From: Candidatus Multivoradales bacterium
GTDB taxonomy: Bacteria > Acidobacteriota > Thermoanaerobaculia > Multivoradales > Multivoraceae
Assembly: GCA_965223325.1 (NCBI GenBank)
Contig: CBDCWI010000002.1
Location: 1,344,001 to 1,408,000, forward strand
DNA: 64,000 nucleotides
Reading direction: 5' to 3'
The position numbers and the translations under genes were made by a program. Positions 29,344-37,843 of the stretch are shown here, one piece after another. Under the pieces are notes generated by a model, which saw only the letters and a list, made by a program, of their open reading frames with translations, ran no database searches and was not told where the DNA came from. The number at the start of each line of letters is the position of its first letter. Position 1 is the stretch's first letter.

Positions 29344-29562
29344 ATAGCCACCGGCGCATATTCGGTAGGGAAACACCCTTTGGTGCCGCGATCCGGCATC
29401 CGACGCTTCCGTGATGCCGCCGAACCCCTCGCTACCTGCCGTTGCCTCCATCCCTGGGCACAGCTTCGCCGTGGAGCACTCTCGGGAACCCTCGAGTCGG
29501 CACAGATTGTCTCGTCCGCAGACGGCTCGAGCCGCCAGCAGCGTTTCCTGGTTCTTCGCCGC

Positions 29563-30495
29563 CTAGCTCACGGGATGGGGCACGAACGGCAGACCTGGCG
29601 GAAAGCAGCCGGCAGGAAAGGCCACATCGGAAACGCCTCGTTTCAGCGCATTCGCCGCACGGCGGTACGCCCGCAGAAACGCATTGAAGACCGCGTTCAT
29701 CTCCTCTCGGACCTGCGAGCGGTAGGCGAAGGTGCGGCGAAGCGGTGTCTTCTCGAGCGGCTTCTTCGGCTTCTGCGTCGGCCGCTGACTGCGGATCGCG
29801 AGTTCTCCGAGCGGTTTCGTACCCTGGCTTCGATGACGCGCGATGGTCTGCGCGCGGATGTCATCGAGTTGGGCACAGACCCTGTCGCAGTAGGCCTGCT
29901 TGTCCATCTCGGCAAAGGCAGGCAGGGGCGTCAGAAAGACAGCCACGGTGGTTGTGAAGTCGCGCTCGCGCACCTTCTCGCCCTGCGCCTTGGCGCGCCT
30001 CATACCAGCCGTATCGACCCACTGTGTCTGCACGGTCAGGCTGCCGTCACGGAACGCAGCGGTGGCGCTTGCTCCCGGCCAGTCGTCGCGGGAGTAGACG
30101 AGGTTCTCCTTGGCACCCTGGGAGAGCAGGTAGATCTGGCGCGCCCACTGCGCTTCGGGTTCCGAGGAGATGTTGGTCTTGGAGTAGCGACGGGCCCAGA
30201 ACTTCTCGCTCCAACCATGGAGGCGGGCGAGTTTCCTCGCCAGGGTCGACTTCAGGTAGCACATGAATCCGGAGAGCTGCTGTTGATCGCTGGGGGTCAG
30301 AGCGATATGAAAGTGATTCGAGGCGAAGAAGTAGTCGTGGATCTCCATTCCGAAGCGCTCTTGCGCCCGGGCCATCGTGCTGTCGATGATGCGTTTGGCA
30401 GTCGGTGAGGGCCGCATGAGGAAACGGCCGTGGAGTGTTCGGCTGGCGACTTCGACGGTTGTGTTGCGGGGGAGGTGGCGTGGGGTTGTGCCCAT
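29563..30495 (-). mobile_element. Stand-alone HUH/Y1 transposase, REP-associated tyrosine transposase (RAYT)-like
   Basis: SNHFHI HUH motif, FWARRY, candidate catalytic Tyr in QIYLLSQGAKENLV, DWPG.S; no tnpB beside it. Confidence 0.85.
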
Positions 30496-30693
30496 GATGG
30501 GTCTCCTCTGGTTTCAGAGAGCTCCGCGACATGCGGCTCTCGTTACCGAGGACGCAAAACGATCGAAAAGTCTGACAAGGAGACCCGACTGACCCTTCGA
30601 CGAGACTCGTTTACATCGTCAGGCTCGTGGAACGGGTGGACGATCGGTTTTCTCGGTGGCTGGGGGTTCTGGCAGGCACGATAGGGTGGGGGT

Positions 30694-31374
30694 ATGCGGA
30701 GGCGGTTGTTTTGGGGGGTGGGGCTCGTGCTTCTGTGCCGGGTAGTCGTTGAAGTGGCTCGCTGGCCGGATGTCAAAGGGCTTTCCGCTCGCGTGCCGGA
30801 GAGCACCGCCTTCATCGACGCTTGGCAAGCGTCGGCCGAGGGGGCGCCTGGCTGGCAGCCCGTCTCCTACGCTCAGATCTCACCTGCACTCAAGCGGGCC
30901 GTTCTCGTGGCCGAGGACATTGACTTCTTCTCCCACCGTGGTTTTGCGATTGACGAGATGAAGGTTGCCATTCGTGAGTCCCTCTCCGAAGGCAAGACCC
31001 CGCGAGGCGCCTCGACGATCACCCAACAGCTAGCGAAGAACCTTTGGCTGTCACCCAGTCGCAGTCCCCTGCGAAAGCTCCGTGAAGCGGCCTTGACCAA
31101 GAGCCTCGAACACAGCCTCTCCAAGCACAGAATCCTGGAGCTTTATCTCAACGTCGTCGAGTTCGGACCCGGTGTCTTTGGCGCCGAAGCCGCCGCACGT
31201 CACTTTTTCGGCAAGTCTGCGGCCGACCTGACCGACGATGAAGCTGCCGCGCTGGCCGCTTCACTACCCCACTCCAGGTGGTCGCCCACCAGCGACTCAC
31301 CCGCGTACCGAGCACACCGCCAGCGCGTGCTCTCCCGCATGCAGACAGCCGAGTGGATCGGGAAGGTGATCTAG
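30694..31374 (+). CDS. mtgA: Monofunctional biosynthetic peptidoglycan transglycosylase (GT51)
   Basis: AED..FF.H.GF, RGASTITQQLAKNL, RK..EA, K..ILELYLN, GAEAAA; single N-terminal TM. Confidence 0.93.
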   Translation: MRRRLFWGVGLVLLCRVVVEVARWPDVKGLSARVPESTAFIDAWQASAEGAPGWQPVSYAQISPALKRAVLVAEDIDFFSHRGFAIDEMKVAIRESLSEGKTPRGASTITQQLAKNLWLSPSRSPLRKLREAALTKSLEHSLSKHRILELYLNVVEFGPGVFGAEAAARHFFGKSAADLTDDEAAALAASLPHSRWSPTSDSPAYRAHRQRVLSRMQTAEWIGKVI

Positions 31375-31403
31375 CGGCCGACGATCTCCAAGCCAGCCGC
31401 CTG

Positions 31404-32687
31404 CTATGGCTGCCGAGTCAGGTTGTCGAGTTGAATCGCATCGAAGCCAACCGCGAACGCAGCCGACCAGTCGGACTCGAAGGCATCCATCACGATCGTC
31501 ACCCAGGCCTGGTGGTGTTCACCGCTACCAGCAACGATCTCCCCGAGGTCGAACAGAAACCAGCCCGCCAGCGCCTCAACGGTTAGATCCTCACCAATGA
31601 TCGCTCGGTTGGTCTCGAAGGGAAAGGGCGTTTCGAGCTCGGCGGGCGGAAGACCCGACGGACCACCGGTCACCATGGTCAGCGGATTCTCGGCCTCGTC
31701 GAACACCGTGATCGATGTCTGCTCCAGTCGAAAAGGAGCGGATCCGCACGCAACCGGCACCGACGGACCGTCCGAGTCTCGCCACACGATCACGCTGCCA
31801 CCTCCCTCGAAGTCGCCTCCGTTGAGGTACCGAACTGCGAAACGACTGCCAAGTGCCTCCCGATTGTCGGCGCCCGGCGCTCCGTCGGCCGCCGTGTAGC
31901 GACAGTAGAACGTCTGCGTGGACGCCCCGTCGCACGACGCCGGCGACGCCAGTTCAGGATGAGACGCCTCGATCGAAACCAGCGCGTTGCCGCGCGCCTG
32001 CTCGGCGTGTCGACTGATGTAGTAATAGTCTCCCCACAACACGTTCCTGTTGTTGGCCACCCCCACACCGCCATCGGAGAAGTAGCCGGCGCTGGCTGGG
32101 AACTCGAGGGAGCATCGACTGACGGAGTCGATCGTGATGTAGCCGCGCGCGAAGTTGGGATCAACGGCGAGGGATGTACAAAGGCCGGCACTGGCACCCA
32201 GCGAAAGCGGACGACCCGAAAGCTCCTCTTGCAGCAGTCGTACAAACGCCGGTGACAGTGCTTCATACACCGGACCGACCGGGCCCTCCGTTCCGGTGTT
32301 GCAGCCCGGAAAGTCGCCGCCCACCGACAACGGCCCCAGGTTGCTGACCCCCGACCCGGTCTGCGGCAAGATGCCGTGTTCGAGGATGTTGCGCAGCGAG
32401 AGCGTCTGAACATCGTAGCCACTGAGGTAGATGTCGAAGTCTAGGACTGGAATCGAGAACTCGGTCCACAGCGTGACGTGTGCCAGTGCCGGTTGCGCCG
32501 ACGCATTGTTGACAGAGAAGAGAGTATCCATCCCCATGGAATCGCCGAGATCGACCTCGAAGCGCGGCAGCAAAAGAGTCGCCGCCGGCACACTGTCGAT
32601 GGTGCCGATCTCCGCCTCGCTCACCGGGGCGACTGCGACGAACCCGACGACGCCGAGTAAGATCTTGAGAATCAACGAGTTACGCAT
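31404..32687 (-). CDS. Secreted Cys-containing hypothetical protein (PAATLLLP.FEVD family)
   Basis: Start re-called at ATG 32687 with GGAGG RBS; signal peptide; PAATLLLPRFEVD, LSGYDVQ, GYITID, NVLWGDY, GWF.FDL, QAWVT. Confidence 0.8.
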   Translation of the reverse strand: MRNSLILKILLGVVGFVAVAPVSEAEIGTIDSVPAATLLLPRFEVDLGDSMGMDTLFSVNNASAQPALAHVTLWTEFSIPVLDFDIYLSGYDVQTLSLRNILEHGILPQTGSGVSNLGPLSVGGDFPGCNTGTEGPVGPVYEALSPAFVRLLQEELSGRPLSLGASAGLCTSLAVDPNFARGYITIDSVSRCSLEFPASAGYFSDGGVGVANNRNVLWGDYYYISRHAEQARGNALVSIEASHPELASPASCDGASTQTFYCRYTAADGAPGADNREALGSRFAVRYLNGGDFEGGGSVIVWRDSDGPSVPVACGSAPFRLEQTSITVFDEAENPLTMVTGGPSGLPPAELETPFPFETNRAIIGEDLTVEALAGWFLFDLGEIVAGSGEHHQAWVTIVMDAFESDWSAAFAVGFDAIQLDNLTRQP

Positions 32688-32742
32688 ACCAGGTCCTCCA
32701 TCCCGTGATCTTAGATCTTTCCCGCTGGAAGGACCAGTGCGC

Positions 32743-34692
32743 TTACTCGAGGTAGGTGTAACCCTCGAGGCCGTCCTCGAAAAAGCGCAACAGCCGCCCG
32801 CTCTCAGCGATCGAAAGGCGGTCCTGGCGTACCGCCGCCTCGACATCGCGCCGAAAGCCGCGCAGCAGCTCTGGAGCGTCGAACTGGACATAGGAGAGCA
32901 TCTCCCGAACACGCTCGCCCGCCACTACATCCTCGATCACCGGGCCCTGGTCGCGATCCACACGCACATGAACGACATTGGTATCACCGAACAGGTTGTG
33001 TAGGTCGCCGAGGATCTCCTGATACGCACCCACCAGGAATGCCCCCAGCCGGTAGGGGATGGCGAACCCGTCACCTGCTGGGTCAGGATCGTGCAGTAGT
33101 AGCGTTGGGGCTGCAACACCCGAGCTGTCGATGAAACGATCGACCGTTCCATCAGAGTCACAGGTCACGTCAGCCAACACTGCGCGCACCTTCGGCTCCT
33201 TTAGCAACCAGCCAATCGGCATGATCGGAAACAACTGATCAATGGCCCAGCTGTCGGGGATGCTTTGAAAGAGCGAGAAGTTGCAGAAGTAGACCCTCGC
33301 CGTCAGCTCGCGTAGAAGTCCGAGGTCGACGGACGGAAGGTCGACCTCTGCGGCGACCCGTACACTGGCTACGGAGACCTGCCAGTACAGCGACTCGGCC
33401 AACGCCCGCTCCTCGATCGTCAGGTGCCCCAGGCGGAAGAGTTCCAGGATGTCCTCGAGCGCCTGCTGCGCGTCGTGATACGCGGCCAGTGCGTCTGCCG
33501 AGGCGTTGGCTTCCATGCGCTGCCACGCGTCGTAGAGCTCGACGAGCGGCCGACTGGCTCCCGGCGGACAGGTATCCGGAATCGGCAACTCGGAACGAAC
33601 GTCGACTCCCAACACGTCAAAAACCAGCACACTATGATGCGCCGTCAGGGCCCGCCCGCACTCCGACACGATCGTCGGAGCCTCGACTCCCGCTTCCATA
33701 CACACCGCCTTCACTGCTCCGACGACATTGTCAGCGTACTCCTGCAGCTCGTAGTTGATGCTCGAAGGACCGCCGGAGCGCGAACCGTCGTAGTCGACCC
33801 CGAGGCCGCCGCCGACATCGAGCGTGTCGAGGAAGGCGCCCAAGCGTACGAGCTCGGTGTATATCCGGGTGACCTCGAGGACCGCCGCCTTGATCTGACG
33901 AACGTCGGTAATCTGGCTCCCGAGGTGGTAGTGCAGAAGGTGCAGGCAATCCGTCTTGCCTGCACGCCCGAGGAGCTCGACGGCCTGCAGGGTCTCGCCA
34001 ACATCGAGTCCGAACTTTGATCGGTACCCGGCCGACTTGCTCCATCGACCGGCACCGGCAGTCGCCAACTTGACACGCAGGCCAAGCCGTGGCCGCAAGT
34101 TGAAACGCTCGGCGAGAGCCAACAAACGTTCGAGCTCGACCAGGCGCTCAACCACTGGCGTCACTCGGCGACCGACCTGCTGCGCCAGCAACACCATCTC
34201 CAGGTACTCGTCGTCCTTGAAGCCGTTGCAAACGATCGTCGTGTCGTTGCCGCAGATCGCCAACACCGCCAGAAGCTCTGCTTTTGAGCCGGCCTCCAAC
34301 CCGAACGGAACTCCAAGTCTCTGAGCCCCGCGCAGCAACTCATCGATGACCAGGCGCTGCTGGTTGACCTTGACCGGGTAGACGGACTGGTAGTCACCTG
34401 CGTAGTCGCACTTCTCGATTGCGGTGCGAAAAGCCTCGTCGATCGCCTCGATTCGGTTCTCGAGGATGCCCCCAAAACGTAGCAGCACAGGCAGCGCGAT
34501 TCCGCGCTCCACCAGCTCGTCGACCAATACGCTGATGTCAGCCTCGAGCGTGCGGTCACGTTCGGGACGCACACAAACATGGCCGCGCTCGTTGACCCGG
34601 TAGTACCCAGCTCCCCAACGCTCAATACCGTAGAGCTCAGAAGCCATCGCCACCGACCACGACGACCCGCGGTGTCGCGTCCCATCAGACAA
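32743..34692 (-). CDS. speA: Biosynthetic arginine decarboxylase
   Basis: YPVKVNQ (PLP Lys), GLEAGSK, CNGFKD, DVGGGLGVDYDG, ECGRA, NFSLFQS.PD.WAI, TCDSDG, GAYQEILGD.HNLFG. Confidence 0.95.
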   Translation of the reverse strand: MSDGTRHRGSSWSVAMASELYGIERWGAGYYRVNERGHVCVRPERDRTLEADISVLVDELVERGIALPVLLRFGGILENRIEAIDEAFRTAIEKCDYAGDYQSVYPVKVNQQRLVIDELLRGAQRLGVPFGLEAGSKAELLAVLAICGNDTTIVCNGFKDDEYLEMVLLAQQVGRRVTPVVERLVELERLLALAERFNLRPRLGLRVKLATAGAGRWSKSAGYRSKFGLDVGETLQAVELLGRAGKTDCLHLLHYHLGSQITDVRQIKAAVLEVTRIYTELVRLGAFLDTLDVGGGLGVDYDGSRSGGPSSINYELQEYADNVVGAVKAVCMEAGVEAPTIVSECGRALTAHHSVLVFDVLGVDVRSELPIPDTCPPGASRPLVELYDAWQRMEANASADALAAYHDAQQALEDILELFRLGHLTIEERALAESLYWQVSVASVRVAAEVDLPSVDLGLLRELTARVYFCNFSLFQSIPDSWAIDQLFPIMPIGWLLKEPKVRAVLADVTCDSDGTVDRFIDSSGVAAPTLLLHDPDPAGDGFAIPYRLGAFLVGAYQEILGDLHNLFGDTNVVHVRVDRDQGPVIEDVVAGERVREMLSYVQFDAPELLRGFRRDVEAAVRQDRLSIAESGRLLRFFEDGLEGYTYLE

Positions 34693-34763
34693 CGGCCGGC
34701 CTCCGGTGAACCGCGATCACTCTCGAAATACCGCCCGTGCGTCCCAAGCAGCTTGCGCGCTCG

Positions 34764-35963
34764 TCAGCGGCCACCTTCGACATCGACCAGGGTGACGCGC
34801 AACCGCGGCGTTCCCAGCGCCAGGAGCTCCTTCCACTCCGTAGCGTCGAGGTCGAACGTCAACTTCACCGGCACGTAGCCGGTGTCCGCCTGGCGCGGAA
34901 TGCCCCGCCCGGCGCGCGCAATCTGAGCCGGAACACTCGCCGCCGGCCGGTCGCCCACGGTTGCGGGCGGCAAGAGATCGAGAGCCAGGGAGTACTGCCC
35001 GGCATAGCGCGTGCTCACCAGCTGCAGAGTGACCGTCAATTGACGTCGACTCCGTCGCCCGGTCATCTCGGCGATCACCCTCGGAATCCTCGCCTCCGCA
35101 CTCGTAAACCGCTCGAGCTCGCGCGTCGACCAACCGTAGCCAGCCGGCATGCCCTCGACCTCGCCGAGTTCGAACTCGAGCACCATCGGCGACTCGAGCT
35201 CCACCGGTCCGTCGCCAACCGCGCGCGACCGGGCCCTGACCCCGGCGCGATCGGCGGTCGCGCGACCGCTCTTCGCAGCGGGTCGCTCCAGGGGTCGCGC
35301 CGAGTCGCGAGCGTCACCAGCCGCCCCGGGCCGCGCGTCTTCCTCGGGGCGGCCGGGCCGCGCGCCGGAACCTTGTGTCACGACCGAACCGGCGCGTCGG
35401 TAGCGTAAGTTCAAGAGCGGCTCCCACCCACGACGCATGACGACGGTCTCGAAGTCGAGCGCCACTCCACGGGCGTCCTCCTGAAGGGTCCCGCGTACAC
35501 CGCGCGCCGACTGCCCGGGTTCGAAAAGCTCGCCCCTGAAGGTCCATCCATCACGAACCACCGCTGCGCCCTCGCGTCGACGAGCGGGCTCGAGTTCAAG
35601 GGCCAGCTGGCCGCCGCGGTCGGTAAAAGCGCGCAGCCGCCAGCCGTCGGCCACCGGGTCCCAGTACATATAGTTGAGCGCCGTCCCGCCGTCCTTCCCG
35701 ACCCACTCCTCGCTCAAGAGACAACCGCCGAGCTCTTTGCGAATCGTCGCGCTACCGAGGCGCTCCCCCGAACTCGATTCCACCACCCAATCGCCAATCC
35801 AGAAATCGAGGGCGCCGTAGTCCGGACCGTCGCACCCATCGGCATGGGCTGGGTAGAACGTTGCCAGTCCACCGATCATGATGAGCCCAACCGCGAGTCC
35901 CGGCACGCCGGCACGAACGAAGAACCGTCGTAACAGCGCCGTAGTCGTGATCATCGTCGGCAT
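34764..35963 (-). CDS. Exported hypothetical protein (DUF1579-like N-terminal domain, low-complexity linker, unknown C-terminal domain)
   Basis: Signal-like segment; C..PDY..LDFWIGDW, GC.L.EEW; start uncertain. Confidence 0.6.
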   Translation of the reverse strand: MPTMITTTALLRRFFVRAGVPGLAVGLIMIGGLATFYPAHADGCDGPDYGALDFWIGDWVVESSSGERLGSATIRKELGGCLLSEEWVGKDGGTALNYMYWDPVADGWRLRAFTDRGGQLALELEPARRREGAAVVRDGWTFRGELFEPGQSARGVRGTLQEDARGVALDFETVVMRRGWEPLLNLRYRRAGSVVTQGSGARPGRPEEDARPGAAGDARDSARPLERPAAKSGRATADRAGVRARSRAVGDGPVELESPMVLEFELGEVEGMPAGYGWSTRELERFTSAEARIPRVIAEMTGRRSRRQLTVTLQLVSTRYAGQYSLALDLLPPATVGDRPAASVPAQIARAGRGIPRQADTGYVPVKLTFDLDATEWKELLALGTPRLRVTLVDVEGGR

Positions 35964-36131
35964 GAGAAACCTCTCGAGAGAATGGCCGTCGAGCCTAGCA
36001 GCCAGCCTGCCGAGCCACGCGCCGGCGAAACACCCGACCGATTCCGAAGCACCCCTCGACCGCGACCCGTTCACGACCCTGAATCAACCGGCCCACGCAC
36101 TGAGAAATACGATTTTTACAGGAATTACCTC

Positions 36132-36140
36132 TGTTAACAT
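36132..36140 (+). promoter_or_regulatory. Candidate extended -10 element for the RDD-MoxR operon
   Basis: TGTTAACAT (TGnTAnnnT) in an AT-rich divergent intergenic patch about 85 nt upstream of the RDD start. Confidence 0.3.
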
Positions 36141-36224
36141 GCCGCGTCCCGGGCCGCTGCCCTTCCAGGTTGCCCACGACCACCAACCGCTCCGCGTGGA
36201 GAACCCTCCAGGAGACCCTGGATC

Positions 36225-36905
36225 ATGCTGGACTCTCGCCGCTCCATCGCCACGCCTGAGGGCGTCGAGCTCGCGCTCCGCATCGCCGGACCCCCGCAGC
36301 GCGGACTGGCCGCGCTGCTCGACATGCTCGTGCGCACGGCGATCTACATCGCGGTTGGTTTCATGGTTGGCCTTCTCGGCGAAATCGGCATGGGCATCTT
36401 CCTGATCGTGCTCTTCGTCGTCGAGTGGTTCTACCCGGTGCTCTTCGAAGTCTGGTTCGACGGCTCGACTCCCGGTAAGCGCGCCCTGGGACTGCGGGTC
36501 CTCAACGACACCGGTACGCCGGTCGACTTCCAGGCGTCGCTGCTCCGGAACTTGTTGCGGTTCGCCGACTTCCTGCCCTTTTTCTACGCCTTCGGCCTCG
36601 CTGCGATGTTCGCCAACCGAGACTTCAAGCGGCTCGGAGACCTGGCCGCCGGAACCCTGGTCGTCTACCGCTACCGCGAGGGCGAACCAGCACCACTCCC
36701 TGCCGAAGAGCCCGAACAGCCCCTCGAGCGTCTCGAAACCGATGAGCAACGCACGATCGTCGAGTACGCCGAGCGCCTCTCCACCTGGACCGACGCCCGC
36801 GCCCTCGAGCTCGCGACGATCGCCCGGCCCCTGGTCGGCGCAGAGGGATCGGAGGCTCGGCGGCACCTGGTGGCGATGGCGAATTGGCTGGTGGGTCGCC
36901 GATGA
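36225..36905 (+). CDS. RDD family membrane protein
   Basis: TPEGVEL, AG...R..A.L.D, G.TPGKR..GLRV, RN.LR..D, RLGDLAAGTLVV. Confidence 0.9.
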   Translation: MLDSRRSIATPEGVELALRIAGPPQRGLAALLDMLVRTAIYIAVGFMVGLLGEIGMGIFLIVLFVVEWFYPVLFEVWFDGSTPGKRALGLRVLNDTGTPVDFQASLLRNLLRFADFLPFFYAFGLAAMFANRDFKRLGDLAAGTLVVYRYREGEPAPLPAEEPEQPLERLETDEQRTIVEYAERLSTWTDARALELATIARPLVGAEGSEARRHLVAMANWLVGRR

Positions 36906-37843
36906 ATCGCGACACCTTCGAGGACCGTTACCGCTCGGATTGGGTCGAGCTCGAGATTCTGCTGCTCCAGCTAGAGAGCAAGAAGACCACCAGCAGCGAA
37001 CTCGCCCAATTCCCTGAGCTTTACCGACGGGTGTGCCAGCAGCTGGCACTGGTCCGCGCCCGCGGCTATGGCACCGATCTCGAACGTCGCCTCAACAATC
37101 TGGCGCTGCGCGGCCACCAACAGCTGTACCGCGGTCAGGTCGCCCTGCGCAGGGTCACCGAAGTCCTCGGAGCGGCCTTCCCACAAACGGTGCGCAACAA
37201 CAGTCGCGCCTTCTGGCTGGCGACGGCTCTCTACGTGATTCCGCTCTTGTCGATCTATTTCGCCATCCAGCTCCGCCCCGAACTGGTCTACTCCGTCCTG
37301 CCGGCAGAACAGGTGGCAGGTATCGAAGAGAGCTACGCCAACTTCGGCAGCCGCGAGTCGAGCTCTGACTTCTTGATGTTTGGCTTCTACATTCGCAACA
37401 ACGTGAGTATCGACTTCCGGACCTTCGCCGGCGGCATGCTCTTCGGGGTCGGGACCGTCTTCTTCCTGTTCTACAACGGACTTGTCCATGGGTCGGTGTT
37501 TTCACATCTCGAAGGCGTGGGTCTTGGTGACGCGATCTTTCCCTTCGTGGTTGGGCATTCGTCCTTCGAGCTCACCGGTATGGTCCTCTCCGGCCTCGCC
37601 GGGCTCCGAATCGGCGGCGCACTCCTGATGCCCGGCCGCCGGAGCCGGCTGCAGGCACTGCGCGAAACCGCGCTCGAGATGCTGCCAGTGCTCTACGGAA
37701 CTGCGGCGTTCACCATCATTGCCGCCTTCATCGAAGCGTTCTGGTCGTCGACGCCAACCGCACCGTTTGTGCGTTACGCGGTGGGCGCCGTGCTCTGGCT
37801 GCTGGTCGCGTTCTTTCTCCTCTTCGCGGGTCGCCGCCAATGA
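36902..37843 (+). CDS. Stage II sporulation protein M (SpoIIM/DUF95) family membrane protein
   Basis: LYRRVCQQLAL, YIRNN, GHSSFEL, AAFIEAF; ATGA overlap. Confidence 0.88.
   Translation: MNRDTFEDRYRSDWVELEILLLQLESKKTTSSELAQFPELYRRVCQQLALVRARGYGTDLERRLNNLALRGHQQLYRGQVALRRVTEVLGAAFPQTVRNNSRAFWLATALYVIPLLSIYFAIQLRPELVYSVLPAEQVAGIEESYANFGSRESSSDFLMFGFYIRNNVSIDFRTFAGGMLFGVGTVFFLFYNGLVHGSVFSHLEGVGLGDAIFPFVVGHSSFELTGMVLSGLAGLRIGGALLMPGRRSRLQALRETALEMLPVLYGTAAFTIIAAFIEAFWSSTPTAPFVRYAVGAVLWLLVAFFLLFAGRRQ

Noticed and set aside
29380-30408. 342-aa plus-strand ORF as a second element gene
   Set aside because: Antisense shadow of the HUH transposase; no TnpB/RuvC or zinc-finger motifs
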